A DNA stretch of 53,361 nucleotides, counting the filler, from Streblomastix strix (taxonomy: Eukaryota), in the NCBI GenBank assembly GCA_008636045.1. It is 3 parts of 3 records of this genome, joined end to end, with 100 filler letters (N's around TTAATTAATTAA, not from the genome) between each part and the next. Parts side by side here need not be neighbours in the genome. Positions count along the whole stretch, not along the records: positions 1 to 17,743 come from SNRW01000682.1; positions 17,844 to 35,564 come from SNRW01000683.1; 1 more part is not named here. The stretch is one strand, 5' to 3'. How positions within the stretch are numbered: the first letter of the stretch is position 1; every line of letters starts with the position of its first letter. Positions 13,115 through 24,400 of the stretch are shown in pieces. The position numbers and the translations under genes are program-made. Below the pieces are notes generated by a model. That model worked only from the letters and a program-made list of their open reading frames with translations. It searched no databases and was not told the origin of the DNA.

Positions 13115-16100
13115 TCAAACTGGTAATACAAATCCGTTTGTTTCTATCTCAGAGCGGTTCACTTAATAAATAAAAAAACAGAAAATAAAATAATAAATAG
13201 AAAAAAAATCAATAAATCAAATAATATATTTAATTTTTAAAAATATTCATACCTGTATTCCTTGCAAGTCCCTTCAATCTCCATTTCGCTGCGTTTTTAG
13301 CCCAATCATCTCCATCACTCACAAGCGACTTCAGATATGCGATGATGGACTTTCTCATTTCATAATTAGTAATCTCTCGGGATTGAAGCAAATGACCAAT
13401 GCAAAATGCAGCTGTGGACTTCGTAACTTTCTCCATATCTGGTCTATTGAATGCATCAAACAGCTTCTGGACTCCATTGCATGCTTCAACTTCTGGAAGA
13501 TGTGGATGATATGCAGTTTATTCTGTTGAATTTGGTCCGATAAGGAGCATATTGAAGATAGATGCTATAGTACTATCAACTTAGCAAACATCCACAAGAT
13601 CAAGTAGACGAATCATTGCAGGATAAGGATGTTTTGCATATATAAGAAGTTTGATATCATTGCTTGTAATAGTCATTTGGAAGAAAGCATCTATAAATGG
13701 ACTGGATATTAAACGTATATCATAGTTCAGTATAATATCAATAAGTGAATCAACTATCCCATAAGAGATTATTCGTCTCTGAAGAACTTCATCTTTTCTC
13801 TTTTCAAGGACAGCTTCAAGTAATATACAATCGCTTTCTTATTGTTTTATTATTACTTTCTTTTCTTCTTCTTCGTTTCCTTCAATTGTCCTTCTCAAGT
13901 TATTTGCAATGTACATCAAATCAGAATCTTTGATAATTTCAGCAAGATTGACTGGGATTTTATGAAAAATGAATAGAAATATATAAGAATTTTAATAACA
14001 TGTATTAAATTTATTTATTAAATAATGATATTATTAATCTTCAACTAATGAGTATACCTGAATTTAGAACCAGTCCTTTAAGATTCATCTATGAAGCTTA
14101 TTTCGTCCAAGCATCCTCATCATTCAGTAGTGATTTGATATACGCAATTATTTCATGTCTTATTTGGCCAGCAGGTAATTCCTTTGCATGAAATACTTGC
14201 GCAATTGAAAGAGCTGCAAAATCTTTAGTGGATTTACTCACATTTCTCAGAAATAAAGCGAAGTATTTCTGAATTCCATTACATGATTCAATTTCAGAGA
14301 AATGAGAATGTTGTTTTGTATTATCTGCGATTGAAGGAAGTCCAGAAAGCAAAGTATTGTATATTGCGATAATAGCTCTGTTGATGACGTAGATGTCTGA
14401 ATGATCAAATAATCTGAAAAGTACTGGATAAGGTCTTTTGTTGGAAATGAGCAATTTAATCTCATCAGACGAGTAAGTGAAGATGTAGAATGACCATATA
14501 TGGGATATAGTTATTTGGTCCAGTGTATGCGTAGTGAAGAACTTGAGAAGAGCTTCAATAATTCCAGCTTCAATTGCTAACTTCTTATTTGAATCATTCT
14601 TTTTCCCAATTAAAGTAGCAAGAATCTTTTAGCATGTTTTTGTTTTCTTTTATTTAATCAATTCTTTTTGATCATCTGTTCCATTCTCTTCTTATTCAAG
14701 ATCATTCTTCATCTCAATCCAATCTGATATCTTCATATCAGTTGTATCTTATGAACTATTTATGCATCGGAGCAGATCTTCCATTTCTTATCCATCATTA
14801 TTCTTCTTATCTTCCATTATTCTCAGTTTATATTCAATATCTCTGATTTTCTATTCTGCTGTTCTTTGTCTTTCTTCAGCTAAAATCCTTCTCTTCTCTT
14901 CATCTATTTGCACTTGCAATGCAATAAAGGTCCTTCCATTTGCTTCTTTTTTATCTTTTTCTGCAGTAAATCTTTCTTATTCTGCTTTTATTTTCAATTA
15001 TTCTGCTTCAATTCTTTTTCTTTCAGATTCTCTTAATTTTATTTCCATTTAATCTTTGGATGTATTTTAATCACTTTATCTCTCATTATTAGTTTTCCAT
15101 ATAAATTCAAATCCGGATAAGAGCAATCTGGCTTTTATTTTAATCTAATTTGATTATCCTTCATTCTTCATCAATTCTAATATTTCAAGCAATTTAATTG
15201 AAATTGGTATTCTTTCAGAAGCAATAATTAGTATCTATTCTAAAACAGAAAGAATGTTCATTATAATAACTGAAGAAGGAAAGAAAGGCTCTGATTATTA
15301 TGAATATTAAGAAGTTGGCAATGATTTATGTAAATATTCTAATGTAATATTGATAAAATTCATTGGAATTAGTCCAGAAATTGAATATTCATTTTTCTCC
15401 AACAAATAAGTTAATCCTAACTTACCCATACTTGATATTTCTTCATCTGTTGACTTTAAACAGTTTTAATGTAGTAAGAACAAATTATAATATTTATAAT
15501 CAATGAAAAAAATCAAACGAAAAGCAGCTAACTGAGAGTATCGCAAATAATGTCCTATTTAATTTCATTGAAATTTGCTAATTAATGCTATTCAACCACA
15601 GATATCAGCGCATTGCATATTTGCTTTTGAATAAAAATAGAATATATATATTAAATGAAAAATGAGATAATTATAAACTTTAATTCTAGAACTCTATGAT
15701 TAAATCAAAAGTTGTTTCAAAGTGTCAATTATTTTGTTTTACTGAACTATACTAGGGTTATATAAGGCTAAAAATAATTAATATTTTATTTATTTAAGAA
15801 AATAATAAGTATACCATTAATTACGCTAATTATTATTTGTTGTAAAATTGCAAATTGTTCATTTTCAGGAATTTGGACTAAATGCGACTTCTGTACGAGT
15901 TTCTAAACCTGATTAATTTCCCCAAAAGAATATATAGCATTATTTAGGAACAAAAATGTATATTTTAAAAAAAATTAGTTAAAGATAGTAAGCAAAACAA
16001 ACATTTTAATTAAAAAAAAATTAATTAAAAATATGCAGCGCACCTCACTAGTTTTATCTTTTATTATTCTGATCGAGTTAATAATTTACAGAGTATTAAT

Positions 16101-16124
16101 TTCAATATCAGAACTTCCATCCAT
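13115..16124 (-). CDS. Multi-exon armadillo/ARM-like repeat protein with a central coiled coil and two tandem ARM modules
   Basis: Starts MDGSSDIEIN at 16124 and splices in frame through short introns. Contains LAIEAGIIEALLKFF and PYPVLFRLFDHSDIYVINRAIIAIYN, plus a paralogous second module (track ORFs 14098-14454 and 13230-13436). The last exon is VNRSEIETNGFVLPV-TGA. Confidence 0.85.
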
Positions 16125-16804
16125 CGTGTAAACTAGTAAAATTTTGTTTATAATTATTTAATAAAATTTTCAAATTTTACTCATAGTTTATTTTAATAAT
16201 ATATATAGTAAATTTACTAAAAAAACTACTCAGTTGAAGATAATTATTTGAAAACATGGGTGAGATTAGTTTATAAAACAGGTAGTAATCTTAGCAATCC
16301 ACGTATCTGGAATACTACCGTTTATTTATGAGACTTCAACCTTATACAATGGGTCCAATCAACGAAACCCAATAAATATTCACAAAATATAATAAATTTA
16401 ACATTAAAACAGGTTAATAAAGTAAATTTTAAAGTTTAAAAAGTGAAAACAAAAATTGTTAACAACATTTTTATCAAGTTACAACGTTTAAACTAAGATT
16501 GGTTAAAGGATAGTATTAAATTAAATTAAATTAAATTTAAGCTAAGCATAATTAAAACCAATTGAGCGTCGATTAGTAAAAGGAGTAAGTAAATAAAAGA
16601 AAACAATAAATTTACTAGCAAATATTAACTGTAAATAAGTAGATGTGTGATGCTCTCTTAATATAAACAAATGTTAAATTTAACAAATTGTATAAATTAA
16701 AACAAATCAAATCAAAATAAAACTCTTCGGGAGGGATATGAACTGGATACTTCAGCATTGGATGTGTGTTATTTCGGTAGAATGTAGAAAGTTCATGGGC
16801 GGGT

Positions 16805-16897
16805 AAAAGGTAGTATTCCAGATACGTGGATTGCTAAGATAACCACTTCGTAAACTACGTGATTATCTATGCATCCACTTAATCTGGACTACCTTTT
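16805..16897. repeat. Imperfect hairpin of about 93 nt, putative internal complementary region (ICR)
   Basis: Arms pair as aaaaggtag/ctacctttt, tccagat/atctgga, gtggat/atccac, agataa/ttatct and cac/gtg. Segment 16809-16840 is the exact reverse complement of 16288-16319. Confidence 0.85.
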
Positions 16898-16916
16898 ATT
16901 TATGAGACTTCATTAG

Positions 16917-17743
16917 TCATTCAAAGTTTGTCAGTCTCTCTCTCAGTTTGTCATTGAGGTTCATATCATAATGCACAGCCACTGTACCCGCTCCTTCTTT
17001 ATGTCGAGAGGCTCTGTCCACTTCTTACTGCGAAGCACCTTGATCAATGCTCTTAGTGATGGAGGACTTTCGTATTGATGTGACTGAGTTCTTAGCTTGA
17101 ACACCAGCACCCTTCATAATCATGTGAACTGCTTTCGAGAGGTACTCGTATGATGCTATCTTCTTTCTTGATCCGCGCCACCATAAAGGTTTTGTCTGAT
17201 CATCAGTGTTTCTTCTCGCGAACCAGCTTGCTAACCATGCAGTTGGACAGATCTGTTTGTTAGACACAGGTCGGAATGTAACAGATAAATCATAATCATC
17301 ACCTTTCCACACTGCTGTATCCAATTGCCAAGAGCCATCTTCATTTCTGGTTGCTTTAGCTCTGTGAATCTCTGTCAGACGTAGTGTTGCAAATGCCATG
17401 ATTGATGAAATCACACAACCCATATGTTCTTGTTCACCAAGCTGCTCAATGAACCCAAATTTACCTTAGATATATCTCAATAAGATGTCCAACTTGTATA
17501 TGGGTTCCTCTTTTCTTTTCTTTCTTGTTGCATATTGAGGTTTCTTCATCATTTACTTCAGCGCAAATCCATTGATCTCTTTCTCCTGAAAGCCTTGAAC
17601 TCTAAACAACATTCCGATAGCTGTTCTACATGCATTAGTATTAGCATCTGAGGATTATGATCGATCCTGTTGCGCTAGAAAGTTCGATATCACTACTTCT
17701 GGGTCTTTAACTGTCATTAGATCTTCCCAACTCTTTCCTTACT
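16917..17743 (-). CDS. Tyrosine recombinase (phage integrase family) catalytic domain, 5'-partial
   Basis: Motifs ATLRLTEI (Arg I), VWKG (Lys), ICPTAWL, SVTSIRKSSIT (HxxR box with His replaced by Ser), ASRH and VAVHYD (catalytic Tyr). Extends track ORF 17025-17423 in both directions through TAA=Gln and ends ...RLTNFE-TGA. Confidence 0.9.
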
Positions 17744-17843
17744 NNNNNNNNNNNNNNNNNNNNNNNNNNNNNNNNNNNNNNNNNNNNTTAATTAATTAAN
17801 NNNNNNNNNNNNNNNNNNNNNNNNNNNNNNNNNNNNNNNNNNN
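17744..17843. other. Artificial contig-joining spacer (Ns plus TTAATTAATTAA)
   Basis: 100-nt block of Ns with a central six-frame-stop linker at 17788-17799. Confidence 0.95.
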
Positions 17844-17844
17844 A

Positions 17845-20814
17845 TATAGTAAAAGTGAAAAACTTTCAGAAATGTGGGAGAAAATGGATATTGAATTATT
17901 ATTTATGAAGTGGGATTCAGATAATTAATAATCATAAGAAGGAACTAATCGATTTATGTCTCTTTTGGGAGTAGAAACAACATTAGTATAGTAAGTTCGG
18001 ATTCTTACAGCAGAAGCTGAAAAGAATAAAGATCTTTGGCCAGTATTCCCTTCAAAATAATAATCATGATAATCTTATAACAATTTTATTTAATCTCCCT
18101 TTTCATCATCTATCTTCTATGAAGCACTAATATTTCTATTAATTAATCCAATCTAACCAATATTTGAAGGAATTAAACGTGCAATAATTAATATATATAT
18201 AAATTGTGAAAAATGGAGTTTAATTGTTACATATATATATCCGTTTTCACTTTTTATTTCCATTGCATTTGTTGTACTAGGTGCTGTTATTATGGAGACT
18301 ACACTTTTAAGAGATACACTCAGAACAAGAATAAAAGCAATCAAACATATTGTAGAATTGCCAAATAATGATATAAAACAAGAATTGAAAACTCTTCTTT
18401 TATCGATTATGAAAATTGAATCGGATTCTGAATAAGATGGAAAACAACAGGTAACATAAGAAGAACCAAATAACATTCGAGAAATTGTAAGAAATAAAGG
18501 TGATATTCAGAATACAAAAGATAAATAAGAATAAATAGATGAAAAAGAATTAGTAAGATAAGACATATCTGAAAATAAAAATAATATTCAAATATATTCA
18601 AATTAGGGCGAATAATTAGAATCTGTTCAAAAATTAAATGATAAATAAGTAGAATTTGTTTAGTAAAATGATAATTTCTAATCATAGCAACAATAATTTA
18701 GTTAAATTTATTGTCCTACAAAAGATGATGAAAATGCTCAATTACTCAAACAACTAAAACGAAATACCAACCGACTTAAAAACTCAAAATTAATTAGCAA
18801 ATAAAAATAGAAACATATTCCAGTTGAATAGAGACATTTTACTGATTCAATATGGTAATAATAAATGGAGACTCATTTTGATAAACTTTTTCATCTATAC
18901 TCTTCAATCCCCCTTCATTTCTAGTACAAAGTCTTTGGAATACTATTTATAAATATAATAATTATTATGGGAATGACAATTTCTCTTATATTTATTTATT
19001 TAATTAATTCATTCAACTTTTCGCATGCACATCAAAATATATTAATGTCTGGATTGTATCAAAATCTGCTTATGATGGTAAAATTTGTATCAGGACGTTT
19101 GATCGTGCCTAGTAAGAAAATTGAACCACCAAAGAATATTTATTTCACCTAAAGTTCAAATGCTTGCTTCAAGAATCTTGATCATATTTCATCAAACAGT
19201 ACAAGATTGATGGAATTGTTAGGGTGTTTGGGCGAATATGCAATTACTGTTGCGCATAGAGGATATTTTTAAGCAAAAAGGAATGAAGATTACAATCTAA
19301 TTATTGAAGGAAAGGATAAAGCAAAAATATCATATGATTCATTCATAGATCAAATTGAAACAAAGAGAATGAATCATGCTATGTTAAGCAAAGCACTTTT
19401 GTAAAGGACGAATTGCCTAGGGAGAGATTTTATTTATCAGGAATAAGAAGATAATAAACATCAGAAAAATATCCCGAAAAATAAATTTGAAGATGATTTC
19501 AACTATGATGAAGAAAGCGAGATGTGTTAACTTCCAATTTCACAGCGAATATTTAGGAAAGAAGAAGGAAGTTTATTTGGCTTGTTGGAACTTGAATCTC
19601 GACTAATTCACAATATTAGGCTGTTGTCAATCATGCATATAAATAAAACTGAAACTATTCATATTTAATAGTAAAACACTTTAGAAAACTTAGGAGGATT
19701 ATTTACTGAAATATAACCAGAGCATAAATTTATTTAACGTGCTCTTCGATATGACCTAGCAATAGGTGGAAATGTATTAGGATTCAGGATAATGAATGAT
19801 GCCTATGCTGATATTAAATATATATAAAATATTATTCTTACTCTCTCAATTATATTTGTATTTATTGAGATAATCTTATGTGTATGTTGTGCAATAGCTC
19901 ATCTAATAGTATATTGAAAGATTAGCATTTAGACATCTGAACTTATTCTTCTTTATGAATCAATTAATTAAAGTAATGAACGTATTGAAAGCTAAATTAG
20001 GAAGATTGAAGCTGAAGAACATATATACGAATTAAAATAAAATAAATTACTACAAAATTAAAATGATGAATAACATCCAAAAGATAAATTAACAATTTTG
20101 TTTGCGTAATAGACAAGTTCATCCGACTTTCTAAATTTATCGATTTGGACATCTGCATCAGCAAAGTTTCAAGATGCAATGATCACAGGAATTAATTGGT
20201 TAGATGAAGGAAGATAGTGCATCTCAGATGTATCATAAAGTTTTATTGAATCTATATAGAGAGAAGATGATATGAAAACTGTGATGAAGATATTTGAAAG
20301 TCTTATTATTCATGTGTAATAATATTTGAACAAAGAAGAAATTAAATCTGAAAGCATTGTTAACGAAATATTGAAAAAGTATCGACCATTAAAGAAATTA
20401 GAGAAGAAAAAAGAGATGAAAAATAAAGAATTTTAATAATTATAGAAAGAAGGTCAGAAAAAAGATTCATACAAGTTCACTGAGTAAGAAATTAATAATG
20501 CAATGATGCAAGTTTCAATTTTCTAAACAGGATTTGCATTGCATAAAAGAGAGCACTCAATTTTATATCAGAGATTAAAATATTTGAAAGATAAAATAGA
20601 TAAAAGAATGAAATACATTAATAATTGGGATTTTGTTTTGTTTGGCAATTAGAAGAAAAAATAAGAAAAGAATAAACTGATGTTGGAAATTCTATTTGTT
20701 GTAGTAAGATAAATTGTATCTTCAATGTTTGAGGAGCATTTTCTGTTGAAGGACAAAATGCTAGCTAAAGGGCTTATTAAATTACACCAATAGTTTTTAT
20801 TTTTATAAAAATGA
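17845..20814 (+). CDS. Multi-pass membrane protein with a C-terminal hemerythrin-like domain, 5'-partial, containing two in-frame TGA codons
   Basis: One frame of 990 codons with no intron or frameshift. Hydrophobic segments lie at about 18220-18290, 18930-19005 and 19830-19914. The C-terminus has MITGINWLDEGR...HVQQYLNKEE...LHKREHSILY...FEEHFLLKD. In-frame TGA codons are at 18067 and 19915, and the terminal TGA is at 20812. Confidence 0.8.
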
Positions 20815-21414
20815 TTATTTATTTTTGATTAACATCTAATTAAGCAACTATTTTTTATTTACATTTTATTTTATAATAAAATAGACAGGTTGAAGTTCTT
20901 GGTTAAGTACTTTTGGTTTGGTTGAGTACTTTTTCAAACTTATTGATTAGTTTTTGATATATATCAAATAAATCTCTGAATTAATAGTTTGATGCTATTA
21001 CATATTCATCAATATGAAGAATCTCAATATAATAATATTTTATTGACTTCATCATATATAGAACTAATTGTTTTACTATAAAAACGATTTAATCAAATAA
21101 TCTCGAAAAAAGTACATTTTCCATGCTAATACCAATTAAAACATACATTTATTGCTATTTTATTAAAAATTTATTTATTTCGAAAATATTTGATTTATTA
21201 ACTTCGAAGCAACCTTTATCAATTACTATATAAAAGTTTCATAATAAATCACGTTTTCCTGGGATATCCTAAAAACGAATGCTTTAATTTAAATAAAATT
21301 TACTTTTATTTTGTTTCATTTTATTAGTTTTATATAAACTTTATTTCTTTATCTTTATATCTACTTTTTTTTAATTTTAATTTTAATTTTAATTTTTATT
21401 ATTCTTTTAGATTG

Positions 21415-24400
21415 ATGAGTATGCTAAATGAAACATTATCTGCCTTGATATCAACTGCTGGAGATGTAGAAGATGTTGTACGTTAAAGTGTGAAACTCTC
21501 TCTCAATTCAATTGGACGACACACTCCATAGCAAGTAATTACTCAGATTTGCTTTGCTATTTGCACTTAGAATATCTATCCTGCTTAGAAGAGTTTGCTT
21601 ATGGAAATTCTTGAAAAGATTGTACGTGAAAATATACTATCACTGAAGTCTGAAGATATTGACACGATTATATAATTCTCAATGAATGAAATATGCTTGG
21701 ATATAGAAGTACTAGATCATAAACGTCAAGCTGTTAAGATATTTGCTGCTGCATCGAACTTATATCCATAATTATGCTATGAAGAGGTACTAAAGAGGAT
21801 ACCGCCACAACAAACAACTTCTTAAGTATCATTCAATGAAAATGTCATCTATGCATTGAATGAGTTTACATAACGAAATCCAGATTTCATCTTTAATAGG
21901 CTGAAGTTAATATTTGACAGAATAATTCCTTCTTTCAGTAGCATTAAGAATAATCATCAGAAATAAATCTTAAGCGAAGCTTTCGGAAATTTCGCAGAAG
22001 CTATAACATTTGTATGCAGAAAAGGCAATACTTTAGAGAAAGGAACACACTCAGAGGATAATAGAAATGTTTATTAAAAAGCAAATTAAATTCATCAACT
22101 GGACTCAAATTCCATTTCTTCAGTGATTTAACCATCTAATCTTACTTCATCTCTGTATTCAATTGTTTATAACTTGGAATCTCTTTATGGATTTACTGAT
22201 TCACATCCTACAAATCAATTTGAAACAGAAATGGACATTGTATTTGATATGCTTCAAGGATCATGGTCGAGTAACTTTGGGACTGGTGGAAGTGAAAGAT
22301 GCCGATTGTCATGTTTGTGGTCTATAGGTAAAGTAGCTAAATTAGTTTCATCAAGATCATTGAGTGCATCTCTAACTAAACTTATTCCTTTGTTTCTCCA
22401 ATATCTGAAGAAAGACGAACCAATTTTACGATTTTCAGCATCAGTTGCACTTCACGGTGTCATTTCTTCAGCTCTTAAATTGAAACCTCAAGATGTTTAA
22501 CCATACATTTAATAATTATTATAAGTTATATTTAGTACAATAATATAACTTCCAGTTTTAAACCCAACTGCCTTCATTTTCCCTCCGTAACAAGCAAAAT
22601 GGGATTAATTAGTTACACGCATTGCATCTGGAGGTGAATAACAACTACTCCCTGATGAAATGGGATTTGAAGAGGATACATTTGATTCATATGAAACAAA
22701 TAATGATAAGAAAGAAGAAGAATAAAATGATGAGTAGAATGGAGGATTAGAGAAAGAGATTATTGTTGAGAGGTAATAAGAGTTTATTCTTCGAAGGATG
22801 GAAGAAAGATCTGGAATTGGAATTGGTGTTAAGCAGAAGATTGAAGGAGCTAAGAATATTCTTGAGCCAATCACAGATGCTGCAGTTCTTGACACATAGC
22901 AGAGAACGAGCTTGGAATTACATGCTCTTATTTGTCGCATTGCACATTCTTATGTAGAAGATACTACATCATTCATACTTAAACATCTTGATAAGACTTT
23001 AGGAGCTTAACGAGCAATAACAATTGGAATAATGGCACATATGGTTAGTCTGCTTGGTATTCATATTGAGCCTAAAAAGACATAAATATTCTCTTCACTC
23101 TCATCAAGTCTCAATGATGGTTCTTTGTGTGTTAGATTTGCTCTTGTTTAACTCACATTAGCACTTTCAAGAAATGGAATCTTAGATGATACAAATTGGG
23201 AAGCTTTAATCCGAGTTATTATCATGGCAGCTGGATCACCATTTGGTTGGGGAACTACAAATAATAATTTGGATTCACAACAAAATCGATATTATTCAAA
23301 AGAAGATAATGTAACATAAACAGGAACAAATTCATTTCAAAACAATGGCGCTTTACTACCTATATCACAATATCTTGCCTTTGAATAATCAAGATTTAAT
23401 GAGAAAAGAATTACATCAACTGGTAAAAATATTAATTTATTTTCATCTTAATAAGAGATAGATCAACAACTTACTCGAGGAGTTCCTAATCTTCAAACTT
23501 TGTAATCTTTTGCTTCTGATACTCTCTATGAAATCATCGCCTATCATACAGCAGCTCGTAATTAGCTCTGGCCATGTTTATTCCAGTACTTGTTTGATCC
23601 AACAGCTGCATCATCACTTCCTGTTGTTTTAACAGCACTTTTGAGATTAGTAATAAGCAGAAAATAAAGATTAGGTAATCGTTGGGGATTGATGTGGAAT
23701 CCACAGTAAATAATGCAACATCTTAATAAAGAAATCAATTCTAAACAAACTTAAGAATCCCATTAAACATCTTTAAATCAACTCTTTCTTATGAAACATT
23801 CTAATAAAGAAAACAAAAATAAAAGATTTGAACATGAGCTTTCTATTTAGTCTCAATAATAAGATATATATGGATATGATGAAAGAGATGAGTAGTTGAT
23901 TCCTAATGGACATATAATCTTAATACGACTCATTATATTGGCCAGTGATATTTAAACAGATTGTAGGATAACACTTCCATCACTTGCATTGATTAGAGTA
24001 TTGATGCCAGGGATTAATAAAATATTCAGTGAATAAACAAAGTTGGATGAAAGTAAATCTGTGGATGAAATAGATGATGAAAACAACTAATAAATTGAAG
24101 AACAGAAAAGTGACAGTTAGAAGTTAAGATAAATGACAAAATAATTATATATATTCTGGGTTGATCATGTTGTTAAACTAACTAGAATTTAAGAAGATAA
24201 AGAATCTAACAAAAATGAAAATTCTGTTGAAGAAGATCAACAATTTGGTAGTGAATTAAATTAATCAGAATAATCAGTTTAAGAATCAGATGGATTCAAA
24301 GGAATTAAAATGTTAACTGTTCTTGATGGATTTCAAAATTAATCAACTTAAACATCGAACAATTTGCATTTTTATTCAAATCCTTATTTTTAGCTTCGTC

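Larger units (their letters stand above)
16288..17743 (-). mobile_element. 3' portion of a DIRS-like tyrosine-recombinase retroelement, cut off by the contig end
   Basis: Intronless, higher-GC tyrosine recombinase ORF followed by a long hairpin (16805-16897). A terminal segment (16288-16338) is complementary to one hairpin arm and similar to the other, as in the DIRS ITR/ICR layout. The RT/RNase H portion is not in the window. Confidence 0.75.

Noticed and set aside
16805..16897. Hairpin beside a tyrosine recombinase as an integron attC site or retron msDNA
   Set aside because: There is no cassette array or retron RT, and the perfect match to a distal terminus is better explained by a DIRS ICR.
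17788..17799. Palindromic TTAATTAATTAA within N runs (also 35609-35620)
   Set aside because: Artificial six-frame-stop linker used to concatenate contigs. Adjacency across the spacers carries no biological meaning.
18067..19917. In-frame TGA as selenocysteine
   Set aside because: The contexts are not redox motifs (no CxxU or similar), and I could not identify a SECIS by eye. It is not formally excluded without a SECIS search.
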